Part shown: in pieces, positions 9,113-18,050 of the stretch
How positions within the stretch are numbered: the first letter of the stretch is position 1
How the letters are laid out: every line of letters begins with the position of its first letter
Assembly (NCBI GenBank): GCA_041497895.1
Contig: JBGQHJ010000011.1
Span: 1 to 56,869, forward strand
DNA from: Candidatus Methylomirabilia bacterium
GTDB lineage: Bacteria; Methylomirabilota; Methylomirabilia; Rokubacteriales; CSP1-6
Direction of reading: 5' to 3'
Length of the DNA: 56,869 nt
Made by a program: the position numbers and the translations under genes
Notes under the pieces: model-generated
Told to the model about the DNA's origin: nothing
Database searches by the model: none
What the model saw: the letters and a program-made list of their open reading frames with translations, nothing else

Positions 9113-10081
9113 ATGCGACTCCTGATCACCGGCATCAGCGGGTTCGTCGGCAGCTACATGGCCGAGCTCGCCCTCTCGCTGAGCTCGGAGGTCTTCGGCT
9201 CGATCCGGTGGCGCAGCAAGACCGACAACATCGACCACCTGCGGGCGAAGGTCACGCTGATCGAGTCCGACCTCCGCGACCTCTCCTCGGTGCGGAACCT
9301 GCTCGAGATCTCGAATCCGACCCACGTGATCCATCTGGCGGCCCAGAGCTTCGTGGGGGCCTCCTGGAAGACGCCGGCCGAGACCCTCACCACCAACATC
9401 CTCTCGCAGGTGAACCTGCTCGAGGGCCTGCGGGGGCTCAAGATGTCGCCGCGCTTCCTGGTGGTGGGCAGCAGCGAGGAGTACGGGCTGGTGGCCGAGG
9501 ACGAGCTGCCGATCAAGGAGACGAATCCGCTCCGGCCGCTCAGCCCGTACGCGGTGAGCAAGGTCGCGCAGGACCTGATGGGCTACCAGTACTGGAAGAG
9601 CTACGGGCTGCCCATCGTGCGGAGCCGGGCGTTCAACCACGAGGGCCCGCGGCGCGGCGACGTCTTCGTCACCTCGAACTTCGCCCGGCAGGTGGCCGAG
9701 ATCGAGGCGGGCCAGCGCGATCCGGTGATCTACGTGGGCGATCTCACGCCCCGCCGCGACTACTCCGACGTGCGCGACATCGTGCGCGGCTACTGGGCCC
9801 TGGTGGAGCGCGGTGAGCCGGGCGAGGTGTACAACCTCTGCTCCGGGAAGTCGTGGGCCATCCAGCGCGTGCTCGACTTCCTGCTCGAGCAGTCCCAGGT
9901 GAAGGGGATCAGCGTGCAGACGGATCCGGCGCGCTTGCGGCCCTCGGACGTCATGGTGCTGGAGGGCGATCCGTCCAAGATCGAGAAGGCGACCGGCTGG
10001 AAGGTGGAGATCCCCTTCGAGCGCACCCTGAAGGACCTGCTGGGGTACTGGCGGCAGCGGACCTGGTCGTCGTCGCGCTGA
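9113..10081 (+). CDS. GDP-mannose 4,6-dehydratase / GDP-4-keto-6-deoxymannose reductase family SDR
   Basis: TGISGFVG, HLAAQS, SSEEYG, YAVSK, FNHEGPRR. Confidence 0.88.
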   Translation: MRLLITGISGFVGSYMAELALSLSSEVFGSIRWRSKTDNIDHLRAKVTLIESDLRDLSSVRNLLEISNPTHVIHLAAQSFVGASWKTPAETLTTNILSQVNLLEGLRGLKMSPRFLVVGSSEEYGLVAEDELPIKETNPLRPLSPYAVSKVAQDLMGYQYWKSYGLPIVRSRAFNHEGPRRGDVFVTSNFARQVAEIEAGQRDPVIYVGDLTPRRDYSDVRDIVRGYWALVERGEPGEVYNLCSGKSWAIQRVLDFLLEQSQVKGISVQTDPARLRPSDVMVLEGDPSKIEKATGWKVEIPFERTLKDLLGYWRQRTWSSSR

Positions 10082-10116
10082 CGGAGGTTGAGTCGCATGG
10101 CCGGGGCTGCACTGTC

Positions 10117-11253
10117 GTGCCGGAGCTAGAGCGCGCCCGGGTCGCCCTCGTCCACGACTGGCTCACCGGCATGCGCGGCGGGGAGCGCTGCCTCGAGGTC
10201 TTCTGCGAGCTGTTCCCGTCCGCCGATCTCTACACCCTGCTACACGTGCCGGGCTCGGTGGCGCCGGTCATCGAGCGCCGGCGCATCGTGACCTCGATGA
10301 TCCAGCGGCTCCCCCAGGCCGAGCGGCGCTACCGGCACTACCTGCCGCTCTTCCCCGCCGCGATCCGGGCCTTCGACCTGCGGGGCTACGATCTGGTGCT
10401 CTCCTCGAGCCACGCGGTCGCCAAGAGCGTGCGCACGCCCGCGGGCGCCCGCCACGTGTGCTACTGCTTCACCCCGATGCGCTACGTGTGGGATCTCTAC
10501 GACGACTACTTCGGTCCGCGCGCCGGCCTGGCCGCGCGGGTCCTGATGCCGCCGGTGGCCGCGTGGCTGCGCCGGTGGGACCGCGCCACCGCGGCGGGGG
10601 TTCACCACTTCGTGGCCATCTCGCGCTTCGTGGCCGAGCGCATCCGCCGCGCCTACGGGCGCGACGCCGACGTGATCTACCCGCCGGTCGACGTCTCGCG
10701 ATTCCGGGTCGAGGACTCCCCGGGCGACTTCTACCTGGTGGTCTCGGCGCTGACCCCGTACAAGCGCGTGGACCTGGCCGTCCTAGCCTGCACGCGGCTC
10801 GGCCGCCGCCTGGTCGTGGTGGGGACCGGTCCCGAGGAGCGGCGGCTGCGGGCGCTGGCCGGGCCCACCGTGGAGCTGCTGGGCTGGCGCGACGACGCCC
10901 AGACCGCCGAGCTCTTCGCGCGCTGCCGCGCGCTGCTCTTCCCGCCGCTCGAGGACTTCGGTATCACGCCGCTCGAGGCGATGGCCTCGGGCCGGCCGGT
11001 CATCGCCTTCGGGCAGGGGGGCGCGCGCGAGACGGTGGTGCCGCCGGGCGGGACGGAGGCCCCCACCGGCCTCTTCTTCGAGCGGCAGTCGGTCGGGGAC
11101 CTGGTGGAGGCGATCCGGCGCTTCGAGTCCGGGGCGACCGCGTTCGAGCCGAAGGCCCTGCGCCGCCGGGCCGAGGCCTTCGATCGGCCGCTGTTCAAGG
11201 AGCGGATCCACGCCTACCTGACCGCGCGGCTCGCGGAGCGTCCGGCGTGCTGA
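10117..11253 (+). CDS. GT4 glycosyltransferase, WbaZ-like
   Basis: VALVHDWLTGMRGGE, YCFTPMRY, EDFGITPLEAMASG. Confidence 0.9.
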   Translation: MPELERARVALVHDWLTGMRGGERCLEVFCELFPSADLYTLLHVPGSVAPVIERRRIVTSMIQRLPQAERRYRHYLPLFPAAIRAFDLRGYDLVLSSSHAVAKSVRTPAGARHVCYCFTPMRYVWDLYDDYFGPRAGLAARVLMPPVAAWLRRWDRATAAGVHHFVAISRFVAERIRRAYGRDADVIYPPVDVSRFRVEDSPGDFYLVVSALTPYKRVDLAVLACTRLGRRLVVVGTGPEERRLRALAGPTVELLGWRDDAQTAELFARCRALLFPPLEDFGITPLEAMASGRPVIAFGQGGARETVVPPGGTEAPTGLFFERQSVGDLVEAIRRFESGATAFEPKALRRRAEAFDRPLFKERIHAYLTARLAERPAC

Positions 11254-12644
11254 AGGCCTACTCGCGGCTGCTCGAGCAGGCCATGCTGGTCGGCGACCTG
11301 GTGCTGGTCGCGGCGTGCTGGCTCCTCGCCTACTGGCTGCGCTTCCACGTGGCGGGTCCGCCGCTGCCGTACCACGAGCTGCCGCCCGTCTCCGACTACC
11401 TGCTGATGCTGCTGCCCATCCTGGTGGTGTGGGGCGTGGCCTTCCGGGCCTTCGGCCTCTACCGCCCGCGGCGTATCGGCTCGCACCTGTCCGAGGCCGC
11501 CGACGTGGCCAAGGCCTCGACCATGGGCGCGCTCGTCCTGGTCGCGGTGATGACGTTCTTCTTCCGCGGCTACGACTACTCCCGCGTGGTCATCGTCTAC
11601 TTCTGGCTGCTGTCGATCGGGGTGGTGTGGTTCTCGCGCGCTGCGTTCCGGGAGGGGCTCCGCTTCGCGCGCCGCCGCGGTTACAACTTGCGCTACGCGG
11701 TCGTGGTGGGCGGCGGGGAGCTGGCCGGCACCGTGGTGCGGCGCATGCAGGGGCGGCCCGACGTGGGGATCCAGGTGCTCGGGGTGGTGAGCGACGACAA
11801 GGACGCGGCGGGCGGGGCGCGCTGGCTCGGCGGCTACTCGGACCTGCGCGCGGTCCTCGACGCGCATACGGTGGACCACGTGGTGCTCGCCCTCGCCCAC
11901 GAGGACTACGGTCGCCTGGTGGGACTTCTCGACGCGGTGGGCGACGAGCCGGTGACGATCCACGTGGTGCCGGATCTCCTCCGCTTCGCGTCGCTCCACG
12001 GCGGCGTCGAGCAGTTCGAGGGCATGCCGTTCATCCACCTGCGCGAGTCGCCGCTCTACGGCTGGAGCTCGCTCGCCAAGCGCGTCTTCGACTTCGCCTT
12101 CTCGCTCGCGGTCCTGGCCGTGCTCTGGCCCCTGCTCCTGGCCCTGGCGGTGGCGGTGCGGTTCTCGTCGCCCGGGCCCGTGTTCTACCGGCAGGAGCGG
12201 ATGGGGCTCGACGGCCGGCGCTTCCACATGCTCAAGTTCCGCACCATGCAGGCCGACGCCGAGCGGCAGACCGGCCCCAAGTGGGCCGATTCCGCCGACG
12301 AGCGGCGCACCGGGCTCGGGAGCTTCCTGCGCCGCTTCAGCCTCGACGAGCTGCCCCAGTTCATCAACGTGGTGCGCGGGGAGATGAGCGTGGTGGGCCC
12401 GCGGCCGGAGCGGCCGGTCTTCGTGGAGCAGTTCCGCCAGACCGTGCCCGGCTACATGCTGCGCCACAAGGTCAAGTCGGGCATCACCGGGTGGGCCCAG
12501 GTGCACGGGCTCCGCGGCAACACCTCGCTCGAGAAGCGCATCCAGTACGATATCGAGTACATCGAGCGCTGGTCGGTGTGGCTCGACCTCAAGATCATCG
12601 CGATGACGATGGTGCGCGTGCTGGTGGACCGGAACGCGTATTGA
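11247..12644 (+). CDS. Undecaprenyl-phosphate sugar phosphotransferase (WcaJ family)
   Basis: N-terminal TM helices; KRVFD, KFRTM, SLDELPQFINV, GPRPER, GITGWAQV. Confidence 0.93.
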   Translation: MLKAYSRLLEQAMLVGDLVLVAACWLLAYWLRFHVAGPPLPYHELPPVSDYLLMLLPILVVWGVAFRAFGLYRPRRIGSHLSEAADVAKASTMGALVLVAVMTFFFRGYDYSRVVIVYFWLLSIGVVWFSRAAFREGLRFARRRGYNLRYAVVVGGGELAGTVVRRMQGRPDVGIQVLGVVSDDKDAAGGARWLGGYSDLRAVLDAHTVDHVVLALAHEDYGRLVGLLDAVGDEPVTIHVVPDLLRFASLHGGVEQFEGMPFIHLRESPLYGWSSLAKRVFDFAFSLAVLAVLWPLLLALAVAVRFSSPGPVFYRQERMGLDGRRFHMLKFRTMQADAERQTGPKWADSADERRTGLGSFLRRFSLDELPQFINVVRGEMSVVGPRPERPVFVEQFRQTVPGYMLRHKVKSGITGWAQVHGLRGNTSLEKRIQYDIEYIERWSVWLDLKIIAMTMVRVLVDRNAY

Positions 12645-13843
12645 GCGTTCGCGGCGTTCTCCTCGGCGCGTTCGTCGCCGGGCTCGGGCTCTCGATCACG
12701 CTGTCCGAGTCCGCGCTCGCCCTGCTGACCCTGCTCTGGCTGTGGCGCCTGCGCGATCCGGCCGTGCGCGCGGCCGCGCGCTGGCCGCTCGCCGCGCCGG
12801 TGCTCGCCTTCAGCGCGGTCACCGTGCTCTCCGCGCTGCTCTCGGGCCATCCCCTGGCGAGCGTCGAGGCGGCCAAGGGGCTGCTCCTCGCCGCCGCCCT
12901 CTACATCACCGCGGACGCCCTTCGCGAGCCCGCCACCGCGGAGCGGTTCCTGCTCGGGCTCACCGTCGCGGCCGCCGTCGCCGCGCTGGTGGGGCTCCTC
13001 CAGGTCGGCCTGTGCCCGCCGCCCGACACCCCGCCGATCCGGCCCCGCTGGCTCTATCACCGCTGCGATCGCGCCCACGGCTTCTTCAGCATCTACATGA
13101 CCCTGGCCGGCGTGCTCTCGCTCGTGCTGCTGGCCACGCTGCCGCGGCTGCTGTCGCCCGGCGCGGCCCGGCGCCGGCTCGGGATCCCGTGGCTCGTGAT
13201 GCTGTGGGGGCTGATCGTGACCTACACCCGCGGCGCGTGGATCGGCTTCGCGGGCGGCGTTTTCACGGTGTCGGCCACCGTGCGGCGCGGGCGCTGGGTG
13301 CTGGTGGGAGGCCTGGTGGTCCTGGCCGCGAGCGCGCTGCTGGCGCCCTACGAGCTGCGCCACCGGTTCCTCAGCATGGCCGATCCGGAGGAGGCGGGCG
13401 TGCGCGAGCGGATCTACATGTGGAAGAGCGGGCTCGCGATGTGGCGGGAGCGCCCGATCCTGGGCGTGGGCCCGGGCGGCGTCAAGCGCGACTACGTGCG
13501 CTACGCGCGGGAAGAGGCGGTGAAGAAGCGCACCGGGCACGTGCACGACACCCCGCTGCAGATCCTGGTCGAGCGAGGCGTGCTGGGGCTGGCCGCGTGG
13601 CTCTGGCTCTGGCTCGCGTTCTACGGCGACGCGATCCGACGCCTGCGGCGGCTGCCCGCGGGGGCGGTGGCGGAGCGGGCGCTGGTCGTGGGCGCCATCG
13701 CGGCGATCACCGGCTTCCTGATCGGCGGCCTCTCCGAGTACAACTTCGGCGACTCCGAGGTCGTCATGGTCGCCTGGGTGGTGATGGCGCTGCCGTGGGC
13801 GGTTGGCGGTCAATCGAAAGGCTCCTCGACCGCGGGGGCCTAG
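12641..13843 (+). CDS. O-antigen ligase / Wzy_C family membrane protein
   Basis: TTG overlapping TGA; multiple TM segments; TYTRGAW, R..W, PILGVGPG, HVHD..LQ..VERG. Confidence 0.85.
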   Translation: MSVRGVLLGAFVAGLGLSITLSESALALLTLLWLWRLRDPAVRAAARWPLAAPVLAFSAVTVLSALLSGHPLASVEAAKGLLLAAALYITADALREPATAERFLLGLTVAAAVAALVGLLQVGLCPPPDTPPIRPRWLYHRCDRAHGFFSIYMTLAGVLSLVLLATLPRLLSPGAARRRLGIPWLVMLWGLIVTYTRGAWIGFAGGVFTVSATVRRGRWVLVGGLVVLAASALLAPYELRHRFLSMADPEEAGVRERIYMWKSGLAMWRERPILGVGPGGVKRDYVRYAREEAVKKRTGHVHDTPLQILVERGVLGLAAWLWLWLAFYGDAIRRLRRLPAGAVAERALVVGAIAAITGFLIGGLSEYNFGDSEVVMVAWVVMALPWAVGGQSKGSSTAGA

Positions 13844-13878
13844 CCGGGCGACCGTCTACATCTTCGAGCTCTATTCAA

Positions 13879-13905
13879 TGCGGGGGCCCAGAAATGGCCC
13901 CCGCA
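13879..13905. terminator. GC-rich hairpin between convergent genes (terminator or REP-like)
   Basis: TGCGGGGGCC / GGCCCCCGCA 10-bp perfect stem. Confidence 0.5.
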
Positions 13906-13940
13906 CTCCCCCAAGTCGCGGACAGCCCTTTGGAGCGCGG

Positions 13941-14660
13941 CTAGTACACCATGTACGGCTCGGTCGAAGACCGCACCTTCACGAAGTACTCCTTGAAGCG
14001 GCCCAGGTCCTCGTCGGAGACGAGGTCGGAGGCCATCACACAGAGAAGGCTCTGCTGGCGCCACATGATCAGGCTGAAGCCGTTCTCCTTCCGCACCACC
14101 GGCTTCCAGCGATCGATCTGCACGCGCCCGCGCTCGGGCAGGGCCACGGTGCCGCCCGGCACGATCACGTAGGTGATGGTGTGGCCCTCCGTGTCCTGGT
14201 AGGCGAGCTCGATCCCGCGGCGCCCCTCGAGATAGGTCGGCTTGGCGTTGATGAGCTGGATGTCCTCGTCGCCGGTGAAGACCCAGTTGAGCGCCACGCC
14301 GCTCTCCTCCATCGCCCGGGGCAGGGCGGCGGGCACCACGTCGCTCCGCGACTCGCCCCAGAAGATGTTGCGGGCGTGCTCGGCGAGCACCGCGCGCACG
14401 ACCAGCTGGGCCGAGTCGGCCGCGGGCGCCGTAGGCAGGCTCGGGGCGATCCAGAGGAGCATGACGAGGGCGGTGGCCACCGCGGTCGCGGCCGGCGCGC
14501 CCCACAGCAGCCACCAGGGCTGGCGCGCCGCCCGGGGCTCGAGCGCCTCCCGGACCGCCGCGCGCAGCATGGCCGGCGCCGGGTGGCGCGTCAGCCGCTC
14601 GCGCAGCAGCCGGCCGACCCCGCCGTCGTCCTCCTGCCCTTCCGTCCGCTCGGTGGTCAT
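13941..14660 (-). CDS. Transmembrane anti-sigma factor
   Basis: Directly downstream of ECF sigma; APAMLRAAVR motif, one TM, extracytoplasmic domain. Confidence 0.75.
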   Translation of the reverse strand: MTTERTEGQEDDGGVGRLLRERLTRHPAPAMLRAAVREALEPRAARQPWWLLWGAPAATAVATALVMLLWIAPSLPTAPAADSAQLVVRAVLAEHARNIFWGESRSDVVPAALPRAMEESGVALNWVFTGDEDIQLINAKPTYLEGRRGIELAYQDTEGHTITYVIVPGGTVALPERGRVQIDRWKPVVRKENGFSLIMWRQQSLLCVMASDLVSDEDLGRFKEYFVKVRSSTEPYMVY

Positions 14661-14669
14661 CTCTCTCGT

Positions 14670-15176
14670 CTACTGGTAGTCCTTCAGGAACCCGCGCAGC
14701 CGCTCCTTCGCGCGGAAGATGCGGGACTTCACGGTGCCGACGGGGCAATCCATGATGCGCGCCACGTCCTCCAGCGCCAGCCCCTCGACCTCGGCCAGCA
14801 GGAGCGGCGTCTTGAACTCCTCGGGGAGCCTGCTGAGAGCCCGGTCCAGATCCATGTGGGCCCCGGCGCTCTCCGTGTCCCGGTTCGGCGCATCGTGAAA
14901 CATGGGCGCCTCGCTTTCCGGGACCCCGTCCTCCGAGATGGCCGATTCCCGCTCCCGGAGGCGGTAAAACGTCAAGAACGTGTTTCTCAATATTTGGAAC
15001 AACCAGGCGCGCAGGTGGGTTCCCGGCTGGAATCGGTGGGAGAACCGCATGGCCCGGACGTAGGTCTCCTGGACCAGGTCCTCGGCCTCGGAGCCGTTCC
15101 GGGTCAGGTAGACGGCCAGGTTGTGCAGGGCGTCCAGGTGCTGGAGGGCCTGCTGCCGGAACTCGTCGTCAGCCAC
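14670..15176 (-). CDS. ECF sigma-70 factor
   Basis: AEDLVQETY, AWLFQILRN, PVGTVKSRIFRA. Confidence 0.93.
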   Translation of the reverse strand: MADDEFRQQALQHLDALHNLAVYLTRNGSEAEDLVQETYVRAMRFSHRFQPGTHLRAWLFQILRNTFLTFYRLRERESAISEDGVPESEAPMFHDAPNRDTESAGAHMDLDRALSRLPEEFKTPLLLAEVEGLALEDVARIMDCPVGTVKSRIFRAKERLRGFLKDYQ

Positions 15177-15182
15177 TTGACG

Positions 15183-15731
15183 CTAGTCTTCGAACCAGCG
15201 GCGCGGCAGCTCCGACATCAGCACCGCGTGCTCGTCCTCCAGGACCTCCAGCAGCTCGCGGATGGTCTGGTAGAGCACCGGATGCTCCAGGTCGGGGGCC
15301 AGGTCGGCCAGGGGGCGCAGCACGAACCGGCGCTCGTGCATGAGCAGGTGCGGGATGTGCAGGTGCTCGGGCCCGCTGATGACCCGGTTGTCGTAGAGCA
15401 GGATGTCGATGTCGAGCGGGCGGGGCTCGTAGCGCTGGGCCTCGGGGGTCCCCGCGTTGCGTACCCGTCCCAGGGCGTGCTCCACCTCCTGCAGGCGGGC
15501 CAGCAGGGCCACGGGCGGCAGGTCGGTCTCGATGGCGACCGCGCAGTTGAAGAACCAGCCGGAGTCGTCGGCCGTCCGGCCGGGCGCGCTCTCCCAGGGC
15601 TCGGTGCGGTAGAGCGGCGAGGCGTCGAGGAACCGCAGGTCGCTCATGGCGCGGAGCTGGCCGACCGCCCGGCGGAGGCACTCCAGCCGATCACCCAGGT
15701 TCGACCCCACAGAGAGGAAGACGCGCGCCAT
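15183..15731 (-). CDS. folK: 2-amino-4-hydroxy-6-hydroxymethyldihydropteridine diphosphokinase
   Basis: GSNLGDR, PRPLDIDIL, IPH..ERRFVL.PL. Confidence 0.93.
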   Translation of the reverse strand: MARVFLSVGSNLGDRLECLRRAVGQLRAMSDLRFLDASPLYRTEPWESAPGRTADDSGWFFNCAVAIETDLPPVALLARLQEVEHALGRVRNAGTPEAQRYEPRPLDIDILLYDNRVISGPEHLHIPHLLMHERRFVLRPLADLAPDLEHPVLYQTIRELLEVLEDEHAVLMSELPRRWFED

Positions 15732-15736
15732 GGTCT

Positions 15737-16102
15737 CTACCGTCGCCGGCGGGTCAGCTCCACGCCGGGAATGCCCTGCAGCCCTTCCATCGGCGGGGTC
15801 AGCTTGCGCACCCGCACCCGCACCTCGTCGCAGGCGAACTCCGCGAGCAGCATCTGGGCGAGGCGCCCGGCCAGCCGCTCCAGCAGGTTCACGCGCTCCT
15901 TCGTCGAGACCTCCACGATGCGCGCTGCGATCACTCCGTAGTCCAGCGTGGCCCGGAGATCGTCCGACGCGGCGGCGGGAGCCAGGTCCAGCATCAGCTC
16001 CGCGTCGACCGCGAACCAGGCGCCCACCGTCTGCTGCGCCCGGGTGACGCCGTGATGGCCGTAGAAGCGGACGTCTTCGAGGAAGATCTTATCAGAGGTC
16101 AG
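15737..16102 (-). CDS. folB: Dihydroneopterin aldolase; probable CTG start
   Basis: Upstream of ORF-track start the frame reads DKIFLEDVRFYGHHGV; TLDY and NLLE motifs; CTGA overlap with dapL stop. Confidence 0.9.
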   Translation of the reverse strand: MTSDKIFLEDVRFYGHHGVTRAQQTVGAWFAVDAELMLDLAPAAASDDLRATLDYGVIAARIVEVSTKERVNLLERLAGRLAQMLLAEFACDEVRVRVRKLTPPMEGLQGIPGVELTRRRR

Positions 16103-17280
16103 AGCTTGAGCCCCCGGAGGCGGTCCATGGCCTCATGCAGGCGCTTGGCGTCGATCGTGAGCGCGATCCGGTAGAAGCCCTCGCCGGAGGGACCGAAGCC
16201 GACACCGGGCGTGATCACGCAACCCACCTCGTTCAGCATGCGCGCCGCGAAGGCCCGGGAGTCGAGCCCGCCCGGCACCGGAGCCCAGACGAAGAACGCA
16301 GCCCTCGGGACGTCGACCTCCCAGCCCAGGCGCTTGAGCCCGGCCACCACCACGTCGCGTCGCTCCTGGTAGGTGCGGCGGTACTGCTCGGACAGGTCCT
16401 GGGGCCCGGTCAGCGCGGCGATGCCCGCCTCCTGCACCGCCTGGAACACCCCCGAATCCACGTTGGTCTTGATCTTCCCCAGCCCGGCCAGCGCGCCCGC
16501 GTTGCCGCAGCAGAAGCCGAGGCGCCAGCCGGTCATGGAGTAGGTCTTGGAGAGCGAGTGGAACTCGACTCCCACTTCCATGGCCCCCGGCGTCTCCAGG
16601 AAGGAGGGCGGGCGATAGTCGTCGAAGCGCAGCTCCGAGTACATCGCGTCGTGGCAGACGACCAGCCGGTGGCGTCGCGCGAACTCGACCACGCGCGCGA
16701 AGAACTCCCGGGACGCGACCGCCGCGGTGGGATTGTTCGGGTAGTTCAGGTACATGAGCTTGGCCCGGCGGGCCACGTCGGCCGGGATCGCGTCGAGATC
16801 CGGCAGGAACCCGTTGGCGCGATGGAGCGGCATGAAGTGCACGTCGCCTCCCGCGAACCAGGTGCCCGCCGCGTAGACCGGATAGCCCGGGTCCGGCACC
16901 AGGACCACGTCGCCCGGGTTCACGAAGGCGAGCGGCATGTGCGCGGTGCCTTCCTTCGACCCGATGAGCGTGAGCACCTCGGTCTCGGGGCTCAGGGTGA
17001 CCCCGAAGCGGCCCCGGTACCAGTTCGCGACCGCGGTCCGGAAGCTCAGCAGGCCCTCGTAGTCCGGGTAGCGGTGGTTCGCCGGCGTCTCGGCCCCGCG
17101 CTTGAGCGCCTCGATGATGTGCGGCGGGGTGGGCAGGTCCGGGTCCCCGATGCCCATGTCGATGAGATCGACGCCGCGGCTGCGGGCCTCGCGCTTGTTC
17201 TTGTCGATCTCCGCGAACAGGTACGGGGGCAGCTTGGCCAGCCGGTCGGCCAGGGGGATCGGCGAAGGCGATGGGCTCAC
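16099..17280 (-). CDS. dapL: LL-diaminopimelate aminotransferase
   Basis: LPPYLFAEID, IGSKEG, NYPNNPT, SLSKTYSMTGWR; downstream of dapA/dapB. Confidence 0.85.
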   Translation of the reverse strand: MSPSPSPIPLADRLAKLPPYLFAEIDKNKREARSRGVDLIDMGIGDPDLPTPPHIIEALKRGAETPANHRYPDYEGLLSFRTAVANWYRGRFGVTLSPETEVLTLIGSKEGTAHMPLAFVNPGDVVLVPDPGYPVYAAGTWFAGGDVHFMPLHRANGFLPDLDAIPADVARRAKLMYLNYPNNPTAAVASREFFARVVEFARRHRLVVCHDAMYSELRFDDYRPPSFLETPGAMEVGVEFHSLSKTYSMTGWRLGFCCGNAGALAGLGKIKTNVDSGVFQAVQEAGIAALTGPQDLSEQYRRTYQERRDVVVAGLKRLGWEVDVPRAAFFVWAPVPGGLDSRAFAARMLNEVGCVITPGVGFGPSGEGFYRIALTIDAKRLHEAMDRLRGLKL

Positions 17281-17291
17281 GCGTGGGTCTC

Positions 17292-18050
17292 CTAGATCTT
17301 GATGACGGGATTCTTCAGGCTGCCGATGGACTCGATGCGCACCTCGACCTTGTCCCCGGGCCGCAGCGGGCCGGTGCCCCCGGGGGTGCCGGTGGCGATG
17401 ACGTCGCCCGGGAGCAGGGTCATCACCGCGGAGATGCGCGCGACGAGATCCTCGACCGGGCAGATGAGGTACTTGGTGTTGGAAGCCTGGCGGCGCTCGC
17501 CGTTGACGAAGGTCTCGAGGTCGACGCCGTTGGGATCGATGTCGGTGGCGATGCACGGCCCCACCGGGCAGAAGCTGTCGAAGGCCTTGGCCCGGCTGGG
17601 CTGGCCGTCACGGGTGTGCAGGTCGCGCGCGGTGACGTCGTTGAGGCAGGTGTAGCCGAGCACGAACTCGCGCGCCCGCTCCGCGGTCACCAGGTGGCAC
17701 CGCTTCTTCATCACCACCGCGAGCTCCCCCTCGTAGTCCACCCGCCGCGACTGGGGCGGGTAGACGATCGGGTCGTCGGGCCCGCACAGCGACGAGAGCG
17801 GCTTGAAGAAGATGGGCGGCTCGGTCGGCACCTGCACGTTCATCTCGTCGGCGTGATCGCGGTAGTTGAGGCCCACCGCCACGATCTTGGAGGGCACCAC
17901 CGGGGCGAGCAGGACCGCCTGGCTCAGCAGGTACTTCTTCCGGGCCTTCTTGAACGTCCCGTAGGGCGTCCCCGCGTACTCCACGATGTGGGTGCCGTCG
18001 AGCACCCCGTAGCGCGTCTTGCCGCCGGCCCGGAAGCGGACGATCCTCAT
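17292..18050 (-). CDS. Fumarylacetoacetate hydrolase family protein
   Basis: KIVAVGLNY, DYEGEL, NDVTARD, TGTPGG. Confidence 0.92.
   Translation of the reverse strand: MRIVRFRAGGKTRYGVLDGTHIVEYAGTPYGTFKKARKKYLLSQAVLLAPVVPSKIVAVGLNYRDHADEMNVQVPTEPPIFFKPLSSLCGPDDPIVYPPQSRRVDYEGELAVVMKKRCHLVTAERAREFVLGYTCLNDVTARDLHTRDGQPSRAKAFDSFCPVGPCIATDIDPNGVDLETFVNGERRQASNTKYLICPVEDLVARISAVMTLLPGDVIATGTPGGTGPLRPGDKVEVRIESIGSLKNPVIKI

Noticed and set aside
7751..9640. Long antisense and alternate-frame ORFs (this one and many like it)
   Set aside because: Shadow ORFs expected at high GC; Arg/Pro/Ala-rich, no motifs, overlap well-supported genes.
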